Assembly (NCBI GenBank): GCA_016206925.1
Contig: JACQQS010000037.1
Location: 838 to 64,837, forward strand
Direction of reading: 5' to 3'
Length of the DNA: 64,000 nt
From: Candidatus Omnitrophota bacterium
GTDB taxonomy: Bacteria > Omnitrophota > Omnitrophia > Omnitrophales > JACQQS01
A program made the translations under genes and the position numbers. Below are positions 29,945 to 38,599 of the stretch, in pieces; position 1 is the first letter of the stretch, and every line of letters starts with the position of its first letter. The notes under the pieces are model-generated. The model searched no databases. It saw only the letters and a program-made list of their open reading frames with translations, and was not told where the DNA came from.

Positions 29945-30004
29945 GCAAGTCGGTTTGTGCAAGTCGGTGCAAGTCGGTTTGCAAGTCGGTGTTTGCAAGT
30001 CGGT
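29945..30004. repeat. Five direct copies of GCAAGTCGGT
   Basis: Copies start at 29945, 29959, 29969, 29981, 29995 (spacings 14, 10, 12, 14 nt), ending 3 nt before a TTGACA hexamer. Confidence 0.9.
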
Positions 30005-30007
30005 TTG

Positions 30008-30036
30008 TTGACAGCGTTTTACACGCGTGTTAGACT
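30008..30036 (+). promoter_or_regulatory. Putative sigma70-type promoter TTGACA-17-TAGACT for the beta-oxidation operon
   Basis: TTGACA 30008..30013, 17-nt spacer, TAGACT 30031..30036. About 140 nt upstream of the thiolase start. Confidence 0.45.
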
Positions 30037-30174
30037 TTAAACGTATTAAGCTGTAATATAAACTTATATGCAGAAAGGACTTAAGATGCGTTTTAGCCAG
30101 TTTCTTCGAAAAGGAACTGGTTTTTAATTTTGGGTCTGGAAACAAGCGGATTTTTTAACACAAGGACGTTTGGA

Positions 30175-31365
30175 GTGAAAGAAGTTGTCATTATCGAGGG
30201 CGTCAGGACGGCCCAGGGAAATTTGGGCGGGGCGGTACGGGACTTAACCGCGCAAAAATTGGGCGAAACCGTTGTCCGCGCCGTCCTGGAACGGTCAAAA
30301 ATCTCTCCGAAAGAAGTCAGCGAAGTCATCTTTGGCTGCGTTGGCCAGCAAAGCGATGCGGCCAATATTGCCCGCGTCATCAGCCTTAAAGCCGGCCTGC
30401 CCAAGGAAGTTCCCGCCTTTACCGCAGCGCGAAATTGTGCTTCGGGCCTTCAGGCCATCGTCAGCGCCTATCAAACGATTCAGTGCGGTGTGGGTGATCT
30501 CGTGATTGCCGGCGGCACGGAATCCATGTCCTCATCTCCTTACGTGAGCCGCGATATGCGGTTTGGCAAGCGGCTCAAGCATTCCACCATGATCGATTCG
30601 CTTTGGGAAGGTTTGACCGATCCGGTCTGCAATCAAATCATGGGACGCACAGCGGAGAATTTAGTCGAGGAATTCGGCGTAACGCGCGCCGAGCAGGACA
30701 AATATGCCATGGAAAGCCACAAGAGGGCTTTCCGCGCAACGCGTGAGGGAAAATTTAAAGAGGAGATTGTACCCGTTGAAGTGCCCAAGTTTGCTCACGG
30801 AAAACCCATGCCGCCTGAAATTTTCAAGGAAGATGAGGGCATCAATGTTGCGCTAAACGAACAATTGCTGAGCCAGTATCCCGCCATCTTTAAGGAAAAT
30901 GGCTCGGTTACGCCTGGAAATTCCTGCCCGATTTCCGACGGCGCCGCGGCCGTTATCGTGACAACCGAGGAAAAGGCGAAAGCGCTCGGCAAACCGCCCT
31001 GGGCGTACATCCGCTCGTATGCGTTTGCGGGTCTCGAACCCGAACGGATGGGCATGGGCCCAAGCTGCGCGACGCCGATTGCGCTTAAACGCGGGGGCCT
31101 GGCGCTCAAAGATATCCAGCTGATCGAATTTAACGAGGCTTTCGCGGCACAGGTCATTGCCTGCGAGAAAGTCATGAAGTTTGACCGGAACATCGTCAAT
31201 GTAAACGGCGGCGCGATAGCGCTCGGTCATCCGGTCGGCGCAACGGGAACGCGCCTGGTCGTTACGCTCCTGCATGAGATGCGGAGGAGAAATCTTACGC
31301 TCGGTCTCGCAACCATGTGTGTCGGAGGCGGCCAGGGTGGTGCCATTGTGATGGAAAGGAAATAA
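30175..31365 (+). CDS. Acetyl-CoA C-acyltransferase (thiolase)
   Basis: GTG 30175 with AAGGA 8 nt upstream gives VKEVVIIEGVRTAQG. Active-site regions ARNCASGLQAI, NEAFAAQV, NVNGGAIALGHPVGATG, CVGGGQG. ORF track start 30130 (TTG) is probably too long. Confidence 0.92.
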   Translation: MKEVVIIEGVRTAQGNLGGAVRDLTAQKLGETVVRAVLERSKISPKEVSEVIFGCVGQQSDAANIARVISLKAGLPKEVPAFTAARNCASGLQAIVSAYQTIQCGVGDLVIAGGTESMSSSPYVSRDMRFGKRLKHSTMIDSLWEGLTDPVCNQIMGRTAENLVEEFGVTRAEQDKYAMESHKRAFRATREGKFKEEIVPVEVPKFAHGKPMPPEIFKEDEGINVALNEQLLSQYPAIFKENGSVTPGNSCPISDGAAAVIVTTEEKAKALGKPPWAYIRSYAFAGLEPERMGMGPSCATPIALKRGGLALKDIQLIEFNEAFAAQVIACEKVMKFDRNIVNVNGGAIALGHPVGATGTRLVVTLLHEMRRRNLTLGLATMCVGGGQGGAIVMERK

Positions 31366-31367
31366 CC

Positions 31368-32585
31368 GTGTACATCTACAAAGCCGGGGTTATCGGAGCG
31401 GGAACGATGGGCGCAGGTATTGCCCAGGCGATCAGTTACTCCGGTCTGCCCGTGGTGCTGAAAGATGTCAATCAGGAGCTTGTGGATAAAGGCATTGCAA
31501 GAATCCGGGAGATCTACGAAGGAAGAGTTAAGAAAGGAAAGATGAACGCTTCCGAAGCGGAGCAAAAAATGGCTCTGGTTTCAGGCACAGCATCCCTGGA
31601 TGACTTTAAAGACGTGGACATCGCCATCGAGGTTGTTCCGGAGAAAATGGATTTAAAAAAGAAAGTTTTTACCGAGCTTGACCAAATTTTGCCGGAAAGC
31701 GCGATTTTGGCGAGCAACACGTCGGCGCTTTCGATTTCGGAACTGGGTTCGGCTACCAAGCGCCCCCATCGCGTCATCGGACTCCATTTCTTTTTCCCTG
31801 CGCATGTCATGAAACTGGTCGAGGTAATTCCGGGGCTTGCGACGGAAGAGGAAGTGGTCACCGATACGGTTGCGTTCTCCGAGTCGCTCAGGAAAATTCC
31901 CATTCGCGTAGCGGAATGCGCCGGATTTCTCATTAACCGTTTGCTCATGCCTTATTTAAACGAAGCCGCATTCTGCCTTCAGGAAGGAGCGGCCAGTCTG
32001 CGTGAAATAGACGAAGCAGCCGTGAAATTCGGCCTGCCGATGGGCCCCTTCACTCTTGTTGACAATTTGGGTCTTGATGTTTGCTCGGATGTCGTCAAAG
32101 TGCTTCTTGAATCCTACGGCAACCGTATGCAGCCCGCGCCCATTTGGCAGAAGCTTTACGATAAAAAAAGATTCGGCGTGAAAACAGGCGCCGGGTTTTA
32201 CAATTACACGGGCGGATCGGATGATGCAGTTTTAAATCAGTGTTTGCAGGAAGCTCAGCAAGCGGCGAAAAAGAAGGAAACCGCGTTTTCAATCGAGCGC
32301 ATTATTTATCCGATGGTAAACGAAGCGGTGATTTGTCTGCAGGAAGGCGTATCCAAAGCAGCGGATATTGATCTGGGGCTTCTGGCCGGCGTCGGATTTC
32401 CCCAGGACAAGGGCGGCATTCTTCATTATGCGGACAAAGCCGGGCTCGATGCCGTGCTGAAAGGTTTAGAGCAGCTCTATCGTGAACACGGCGAGCGTTT
32501 CTGGCCGGCGCCCATGCTCCGGCGGATGATTGCCGCGAAATTTTTAGGCGAGAAGGCCAAACGAGGTTTCTTTGAATATGGATAA
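31368..32585 (+). CDS. 3-hydroxyacyl-CoA dehydrogenase
   Basis: GTG 31368 just after the thiolase stop. Rossmann AGVIGAGTMGAGIA. SNTSALSISE, HFFFPAHVMKLVEV and a duplicated C-terminal dimerisation domain. Confidence 0.9.
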   Translation: MYIYKAGVIGAGTMGAGIAQAISYSGLPVVLKDVNQELVDKGIARIREIYEGRVKKGKMNASEAEQKMALVSGTASLDDFKDVDIAIEVVPEKMDLKKKVFTELDQILPESAILASNTSALSISELGSATKRPHRVIGLHFFFPAHVMKLVEVIPGLATEEEVVTDTVAFSESLRKIPIRVAECAGFLINRLLMPYLNEAAFCLQEGAASLREIDEAAVKFGLPMGPFTLVDNLGLDVCSDVVKVLLESYGNRMQPAPIWQKLYDKKRFGVKTGAGFYNYTGGSDDAVLNQCLQEAQQAAKKKETAFSIERIIYPMVNEAVICLQEGVSKAADIDLGLLAGVGFPQDKGGILHYADKAGLDAVLKGLEQLYREHGERFWPAPMLRRMIAAKFLGEKAKRGFFEYG

Positions 32586-32595
32586 CATTCCACCG

Positions 32596-32650
32596 TGCAG
32601 GCGGGGCATCTTGCCCCGCAGATCCCGGGGCGGGACGCCCCGGCTACGCG
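32596..32650. repeat. Solo twin-hairpin core of MITE subfamily A (no termini)
   Basis: GCGGGGCA-TCT-TGCCCCGC and CCGGGGCG-GGA-CGCCCCGG followed by CTACG, in the 81-nt gap between two operon genes. Confidence 0.7.
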
Positions 32651-32666
32651 TCCGAGGAGGTATGAT

Positions 32667-33452
32667 ATGGCTGACCGGCAATTTATCAAAGTGGCAATAG
32701 AGGAAGACGTGGCGGTCATCACCATCGACCGGCCGCCCGTCAATGCGCTCAGCATGCAGACCATGCAGGAACTCGACAGCGCCATTGATGAGTTAAGCAA
32801 GGACGACGGCGTAAAAGCCATCGTGATTACGGGAGGGGGGACTTACGCGTTTGTGGCCGGCGCCGATGTGAGTGAAATTGCTCAAATTACTTCGCCGGAT
32901 GTGGGGAAGAATTTGGCGTTAAAAGGGCAGGCCGTGCTGGATAAGATCGAGGCGCTGAAGAAGCCGATTATCGCGGCCATTAATTCCGTCTGCCTCGGCG
33001 GAGGCAATGAATTGGCCATGGCCTGTCACATGCGCGTGGCCTCGGACCGCGCGCGGTTTGGCCAGCCCGAAATTAATTTGGGAATCATTCCCGGATTTGG
33101 CGGGACACAGAGGCTCTCGCGGCTTTGCGGCGCTTCAAAAGCGCGGGAACTGGTTTTGACCGGCGATATGATCACTGCACAGGAAGCACTGAGAATCGGA
33201 CTTGTGAATAAAGTGGTACCTGACGGAGAGGTTTTGAAACAGGCCAAAGGCCTGGCCAAAAAAATCGCAACGAAGGGTGCGGTCGCTGTCCGTCTTGCGC
33301 AACAGGCCATTGCGGAAGGCTCGGCCCTGCCGTTAAAAGATGGTCTTAGGAAAGAAGCCGAACTTTTTGGCGAAGTGTGCAAGACCGACGATATGAAAGA
33401 AGGCGTCAAGGCATTTTTGGAGAAGCGGCAACCCAAGTTTCAGCATAAGTGA
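32667..33452 (+). CDS. Enoyl-CoA hydratase (crotonase family)
   Basis: ATG 32667 preceded by GAGGAGG. ITIDRPPVNAL, FVAGADVSE, INSVCLGGGNELAMACH, GQPEINLGIIPGFGGTQRL. Confidence 0.9.
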   Translation: MADRQFIKVAIEEDVAVITIDRPPVNALSMQTMQELDSAIDELSKDDGVKAIVITGGGTYAFVAGADVSEIAQITSPDVGKNLALKGQAVLDKIEALKKPIIAAINSVCLGGGNELAMACHMRVASDRARFGQPEINLGIIPGFGGTQRLSRLCGASKARELVLTGDMITAQEALRIGLVNKVVPDGEVLKQAKGLAKKIATKGAVAVRLAQQAIAEGSALPLKDGLRKEAELFGEVCKTDDMKEGVKAFLEKRQPKFQHK

Positions 33453-33467
33453 CAGACTGCAAACATC

Positions 33468-33578
33468 GTCATTGCGAGCACAAGAACGTAGCCGGGGCAT
33501 CCTGCCCCGGATTAGCCCTGCGGGGCGAGACGCCCCGCCTACGTGATCGTCGGCCCTATCGGGCCTTCTCGCAATGAC
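33468..33578. mobile_element. MITE-like palindromic element, subfamily A (copy A3, 111 bp)
   Basis: GTCATTGCGAG at 33468, CTCGCAATGAC at 33568..33578. Core almost identical to copy A1. Lies intergenic inside the operon. Confidence 0.8.
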
Positions 33579-33595
33579 GTAACCGAGGAGCAATT

Positions 33596-34750
33596 ATGGA
33601 TTTCACTTTTACGCCGGAACATCAGATGCTTCGAGAGATGGTGAAGAAATTCACCGAGAAAGAAGTCCGCCCGCTTTCCCAAAAGATAGACCAGGAAGCC
33701 AAGGTGCCGATGGAATTATGGAAGAAAGCAGCGGAGCTGGGACTACTCGGTATCGCATTTCCCGAAAAATACGGCGGGGCAGGTGCCGGAGAGATGGGCT
33801 ATTGCATAATGCTTGAAGAATTGGCGCAGGGCGACGCATCGTTTACCGTGATGCTTGGCGCGCATATTTCGATCGGCGCAATGTCCATTTATCTGGACGG
33901 GACGGAAGAACAGAAACAGAAATACCTCACGAAGATGTGCAGCGGCGAATATATTTCAGCGTTTGCGCTGACGGAAGTCAATGCAGGCTCCGACGCGGCC
34001 AATATTGAAACGACTGCCGCATTAAAGGGCAGCGATTACGTATTGAACGGCACGAAATTTTACATCACGAACGGCGGGATTGCCAACGTGGTGATTGTGT
34101 TTGCGGTAACGGACAAAAGCCTCGGCGCGCACGGCGGCGTAACCGCTTTTATTGTGGAATCAAAGACGCCTGGATTTAAAGTCGGCCGGGAGCTCGATAA
34201 GATGGGCATCCGCGGCTCAAACACGGTGGAGCTGATTTTTGAAAATGTGCGGGTGCCGAAGGAAAACGTGCTCGGCAAAATCGGTGAAGGCTTCAAAACG
34301 GCGATGAAAGCGCTCGACCGCGGACGCTTGTCTCTTTCGGCGGGATGCCTCGGCGGCTCGAAACGCGCGCTTGAACTCAGTCTTAATCATGCGAAACAGC
34401 GCGTGCAATTTGGAAAGCCCATCGCCGAGCAGCAGGCCATTCAATGGATGATTGCCGACATGGCGGCGGAGATTTTTGCGATGGAAAGCATGGTGTACCG
34501 TTCAGCCTGGGCGCATGACCAGGGAATGCGGATTACACGCGAAGCGGCGATCGTGAAAATGTATTGCTCCGAAGCGCTGGACCGGATTGTAGACCGTGGC
34601 GTGCAGATTCACGGCGGAATGGGATTTATACGCGAGTGTGATATCGAACGTGCTTACCGCGATGCGCGGATTAACCGGATTTTTGAAGGAACGAACGAGA
34701 TTCAGCGGCTGGTTATTGCCCGCGATGTGCTTACCAAAGGCGCCTACTAG
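33596..34750 (+). CDS. Acyl-CoA dehydrogenase
   Basis: FALTEVNAGSDAANIET, YITNGGIANV, QIHGGMGFIRECDIERAYRDARINRIFEGTNEIQ. Confidence 0.93.
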   Translation: MDFTFTPEHQMLREMVKKFTEKEVRPLSQKIDQEAKVPMELWKKAAELGLLGIAFPEKYGGAGAGEMGYCIMLEELAQGDASFTVMLGAHISIGAMSIYLDGTEEQKQKYLTKMCSGEYISAFALTEVNAGSDAANIETTAALKGSDYVLNGTKFYITNGGIANVVIVFAVTDKSLGAHGGVTAFIVESKTPGFKVGRELDKMGIRGSNTVELIFENVRVPKENVLGKIGEGFKTAMKALDRGRLSLSAGCLGGSKRALELSLNHAKQRVQFGKPIAEQQAIQWMIADMAAEIFAMESMVYRSAWAHDQGMRITREAAIVKMYCSEALDRIVDRGVQIHGGMGFIRECDIERAYRDARINRIFEGTNEIQRLVIARDVLTKGAY

Positions 34751-34753
34751 CCG

Positions 34754-35377
34754 ATGAAAGTAGTCGCGTTGGTCAAAGCGGTTCCCGATCTTTCAGAGTC
34801 CCGCTACAGCAAAAGCGAGCAGAGAATTCAGGAGAAGGGACCGCGCCTAATGCCGGCCGTTTCGGAGAACGTGCTTGAAGTGGTACGGCAGATCCGGGAA
34901 ATGGGAAAAGAAGTTTCGGCGGCCGGAATGCTTTTTGGAAATCAAAGCGAAGAAGCGATTCTCAGAAAAGCGCTGGCTTTCGGCCTTGATCAAGCCTGCC
35001 TCATTTCAGGCGCCACAGACCGGACCGATCCTCACGTGAAATCGAAATTGATTGCGAAAGCCATCGAAAAACTGGGCGTGCCCGACATTCTGGTTGTCGG
35101 CGGCGCGTCCGGATTCGGCGGCGGCGGGCAGGTGGGCGTACGCGTTGCGGAATTGCTCGGATTTGAAGATGTCTGGACTGTTCAGGATGCGGTCAGCGCC
35201 AAAAGCAAATCTGTTTTGGTCGTCGAGCAGGGATCGAATCAGCCGCGCATTCCAAACGTAATGGCGGTTATGAAAGCCGGATCGAAAGAAATGGTCATGT
35301 TCAAAGCGGAAGAATTTTTAACCGCCGACGAACAAAAGCCCGTTGCCTTAATTTCGAGGGAGGAATGGCTCGCATGA
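34754..35377 (+). CDS. Short ETF beta-subunit-like protein
   Basis: MKVVALVKAVPD..., LRKALAFGLDQACLISG, DILVVGGASGFGGGGQVGVRVAELLG follow the EtfB pattern, but at 207 aa it lacks the C-terminal arm. Confidence 0.6.
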   Translation: MKVVALVKAVPDLSESRYSKSEQRIQEKGPRLMPAVSENVLEVVRQIREMGKEVSAAGMLFGNQSEEAILRKALAFGLDQACLISGATDRTDPHVKSKLIAKAIEKLGVPDILVVGGASGFGGGGQVGVRVAELLGFEDVWTVQDAVSAKSKSVLVVEQGSNQPRIPNVMAVMKAGSKEMVMFKAEEFLTADEQKPVALISREEWLA

Positions 35378-35997
35378 CGGAAGAAGATCCGCTTGCGTTT
35401 ATGAGGGGCGAAGCAGTTCCCGCGGAGGATTTGCGGAAACGGGAAGCCGTTGCTCAGGGGATAGCCGTTGTTCTTGAAACTGATCAGAATGGCAAACCGA
35501 CCACGGCCAGTGAAGAGTTGATCGGAAAAACGCTTGAGTTAAATAGCGAGCTAGGCAGCCGCGTAACGGGATGTATTTTGGGAGAGAAGGGGGAGGATTA
35601 CTCTAAATCGTTTGTGCATTACGGTCTTGATAAGATTTTTTTCATCGAGAAACCTGCGAAAACTCCGGGGCAGGAAATTGTTTCAAAGCTCCAGAGTTTA
35701 TTTGAAAAAATCAAGCCGGAACTTCTGATTTTTCCGGATACGGCGGCCGGACGGAGAATGGCCGCAAGAGTTGCTGCCCGCCTGGGGACGGGGCTCGTGA
35801 CATCGGTTGAATCGATGGGCATTGATTTCAATGACCGGAGCATTGAAATGACCCACACGGAGCTTCAGGGTAAAATGCGCCGTATCATTGTGATACGGGA
35901 AGCCAGGCCGCAAATGGCGACGCTGGCTGCCGGATGCTTTACCCCGGCCCGCCTGGATGAAACGGTTCGATCGCCGGTTGAAAAATTTGAGGGATAG
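35365..35997 (+). CDS. ETF alpha-subunit N-terminal-domain-like protein (no FAD-binding C-domain)
   Basis: LIFPDTAAGRRMAARVAARLGTGLVTSV matches EtfA domain I. The ORF ends after about 210 aa without the PxLYIAxGISGAxQH FAD-binding domain. Confidence 0.5.
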   Translation: MARMTEEDPLAFMRGEAVPAEDLRKREAVAQGIAVVLETDQNGKPTTASEELIGKTLELNSELGSRVTGCILGEKGEDYSKSFVHYGLDKIFFIEKPAKTPGQEIVSKLQSLFEKIKPELLIFPDTAAGRRMAARVAARLGTGLVTSVESMGIDFNDRSIEMTHTELQGKMRRIIVIREARPQMATLAAGCFTPARLDETVRSPVEKFEG

Positions 35998-36000
35998 AAA

Positions 36001-36789
36001 TTGAGAATTATTTGTTGTGTAAAACACGTTCCCGACACCAATGCGCAGATTCAGCTTGCGGCGAATAAAAAAGATATTGCGCGCGAGGCGATTAGTTACG
36101 TCATGAGTCCTTACGATGAGTTTGCGGTTGAAGAGGCATTAAGAATCAGGGAGAAAAATCCCGGCACGACCGTTGCGGTCATAACACTTGGTCCCGAACG
36201 CGTTGACCAGGTTCTGCGTACCGGGCTTGCCATGGGTGCTGATGAAGCCATCCATATTTTGGATCCCGACAGTTCGATTACGGACCCGTTGATTGTGGCG
36301 CGTTGTCTTGCACAGGTTATCAAGAGCGGCGGATATGATATTGTTTTCTGCGGGCGGCAGGCCGTCGATAACGATGCTTTTCAAGTGGGAAGCGCCATAG
36401 CCACGATGCTTAATGTGGCGGGCATGACGCTGGCCGGCAAGGTAGAAGTGGATGCAAATGCGAAGAAAGTTAAAGTCGAGCGGATTGTGGAAGGCGGGAC
36501 CAGACAAATCATCAGCGGAAGCTTTCCCGTCTTAATTACTGCCCAGAAGGGATTGAACGAACCGAGATTTGCTTCGCTGCCGGGTATCATGAAGGCAAAG
36601 AGCAAGCCGGTTACAAAGAAAAACGCCGCAGAGCTCGGCGTGGACTTGAACACGAAAATGATAATTGAATTGCTCGAAGTACCTGTTTATCAGCGGAAAA
36701 AACGTGTGATTCAGGCCGGCGAAGACGGGAAATCAGCCGTGAAACAATTAATCGAGCTTTTGAGAACCGAAGCAAAGGTGCTTGAATAG
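36001..36789 (+). CDS. etfB: Electron transfer flavoprotein beta subunit
   Basis: TTG start. MRIICCVKHVPDT, MSPYDEFAVEEALR, RTGLAMGADEAIHI, FCGRQAVDNDAFQVG, full 262-aa length. Confidence 0.9.
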   Translation: MRIICCVKHVPDTNAQIQLAANKKDIAREAISYVMSPYDEFAVEEALRIREKNPGTTVAVITLGPERVDQVLRTGLAMGADEAIHILDPDSSITDPLIVARCLAQVIKSGGYDIVFCGRQAVDNDAFQVGSAIATMLNVAGMTLAGKVEVDANAKKVKVERIVEGGTRQIISGSFPVLITAQKGLNEPRFASLPGIMKAKSKPVTKKNAAELGVDLNTKMIIELLEVPVYQRKKRVIQAGEDGKSAVKQLIELLRTEAKVLE

Positions 36790-36791
36790 CC

Positions 36792-37751
36792 ATGAACATT
36801 TTGATTGTAGCGGAAGTTAGCCAGGGCAAGGTTAAGCGTGCATCGCTCGAAGTATTGACCCGGGCGCGTGAAATTTCAGCGGGCGGTGAGATTGCCGTAG
36901 CTTTGGCCGGTGCGTACAGCGCCGATGCGGAAAAAACGCTTGCGCGGTTCGGTGCCGGGAAAGTTTTTTATACGGATCACGATCAGGTAAGCAGGCAAAA
37001 TCCGGAAGCTGTGTTTGAGCTGGCTAAAATGTGCGCGGCGGAGTGCAAAGCCGGACTCATTTTGCTCGGGGCAAGTTTTCTCGGCAAGGAAGTTGCGGCG
37101 CGGCTTTCCGCACAATTGGGCGCTCCTCTTGCGAACGATTGCATCGAAATCAAAACGGCTGGAAACGGCGTCGTTGTCCAGAGGCCGATGTATGCCGGAA
37201 AAGTCATTGCAACGGTGCAGCTCGGCGGCGCCCAGAATATTGTTTCTATCCGCCCGAATTCCTGCGTCGCTAAAGAATCTCCGGCCGAAGCGCAGGCGAA
37301 AAAGATTTCCCTTGATTCTGTTTCGTTAAAGACATCGGTTGAGTCTCTCGAGATCGCACCACTAAAAAGGCCCGAATTGACCGAAGCGGACATCGTTGTC
37401 TCCGGCGGCCGCGGAATGAAGGGTCCCGAAAATTACAACGTCATTGAGGCGCTTGCCGATAAACTCGGGGCTGCCGTGGGGGCTTCCCGCGCTGCTGTGG
37501 ATGCCGGCTGGCGTCCGCATTCCGATCAGGTCGGCCAGACAGGGAAAGTTGTCAGTCCAAAGCTCTACATTGCCTGCGGAATCAGCGGAGCCGTTCAGCA
37601 TTTTGCAGGGATGGGCTCGTCGAAGTGTATTGTAGCTATTAACAAGGATGCGGAAGCGCCCGTATTTAAAAAATGCGATTACGGAATTGTGGGAGACTTG
37701 TTTCAGATCGTACCGCTTCTTACGCAAGAGCTGTCCAATTCACGAGATTAG
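36792..37751 (+). CDS. etfA: Electron transfer flavoprotein alpha subunit
   Basis: VVSGGRGMKGPENY, GASRAAVDAGW, GQTGKVVSPKLYIACGISGAVQHFAGM FAD-binding signature. Confidence 0.9.
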   Translation: MNILIVAEVSQGKVKRASLEVLTRAREISAGGEIAVALAGAYSADAEKTLARFGAGKVFYTDHDQVSRQNPEAVFELAKMCAAECKAGLILLGASFLGKEVAARLSAQLGAPLANDCIEIKTAGNGVVVQRPMYAGKVIATVQLGGAQNIVSIRPNSCVAKESPAEAQAKKISLDSVSLKTSVESLEIAPLKRPELTEADIVVSGGRGMKGPENYNVIEALADKLGAAVGASRAAVDAGWRPHSDQVGQTGKVVSPKLYIACGISGAVQHFAGMGSSKCIVAINKDAEAPVFKKCDYGIVGDLFQIVPLLTQELSNSRD

Positions 37752-37796
37752 GCTCAGGAGTCATTTTTTGAATTTCTGGACGATAATAGGGAGGAA

Positions 37797-38585
37797 ATGA
37801 GCATGAATTTTTTTTCGTTCATTATATTGGCGGCATTCGTGTTTATGCTGAGCGACACAGCTTCTGCACAGTTTTGGAAGAGATCCGAAGAGGAAAAAGC
37901 TGAAAAGCCCGAACGCGTAAAGACGGAAACGGCCAAGGCAATATCACCGAATGCGACAGCGGCTGCCGGGGAACCTCAGCAACCGGCCGTGCCGGTCATT
38001 CCTCCGACGCCTCCAAGAATCGACAGCGCTGTGCGAACTTTAAAAACCGCCCAGATTTCAAATGTCCAACCGCTGGTTGGTTTGGAAACGATCACATCGA
38101 CCCAGCGCGAGCTGGAACTGTTGGCAAGCCGCTACGAAGATCTCAGGCGCGGACATGAGGAGCAGTTGATTTCACTGCGTGCGCTGGCGAGTCAGGCCAA
38201 AATTCATTCCCAGCTTCTGGATGGTATTAAAGCGCAGTTCTCTGTTTCTGCTGGCGCTTCCGCGGCGCCGCCAAGTCTCGATGCGTCCAGTCTGGAGAAA
38301 TACCGGCTTATTCGCGAAAGAATGTCTGCACAGCAGCAGGTGCTTAAAGATATGACGGAAACTCAAGATCGTCTGAGGGATCTTTTGTCCACAACACGCA
38401 TTCCCACCGCGCCTCCAGCCATTAAGCTTCCGCCGAATCCCAGGGTGGCTGCGTCGTCGTCATTGGATGTTATTAAGGGAGCCAACCAGCTGAAAGTAAC
38501 AGAGAGTGTTTTGGAAAGCGCGAAAGACGCCAAAGCGAGAGCTGAAGCAGAGCAGAAAGAAAAGGAAAAGGGAGAGACAGCATAA
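37797..38585 (+). CDS. Secreted coiled-coil hypothetical protein
   Basis: Signal peptide MSMNFFSFIILAAFVFMLSDTASA. Pro/Ala-rich then heptad-like sequence. Embedded in the operon. Confidence 0.5.
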   Translation: MSMNFFSFIILAAFVFMLSDTASAQFWKRSEEEKAEKPERVKTETAKAISPNATAAAGEPQQPAVPVIPPTPPRIDSAVRTLKTAQISNVQPLVGLETITSTQRELELLASRYEDLRRGHEEQLISLRALASQAKIHSQLLDGIKAQFSVSAGASAAPPSLDASSLEKYRLIRERMSAQQQVLKDMTETQDRLRDLLSTTRIPTAPPAIKLPPNPRVAASSSLDVIKGANQLKVTESVLESAKDAKARAEAEQKEKEKGETA

Positions 38586-38599
38586 AGCCCGCCGCACTG

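Noticed and set aside
29945-30004. Possible miniature CRISPR array
   Set aside because: The repeat unit is only 10 nt with 0-4-nt spacers, and there are no cas genes. It is interpreted as a regulatory or tandem direct-repeat tract instead.
30086-30127. 13-codon upstream ORF (MRFSQFLRKGTGF) with an AAAGGA RBS in the beta-oxidation leader
   Set aside because: It could be a leader peptide, but it is too short and featureless to support from sequence alone. It has no rare or regulatory codon run and no obvious alternative hairpins.
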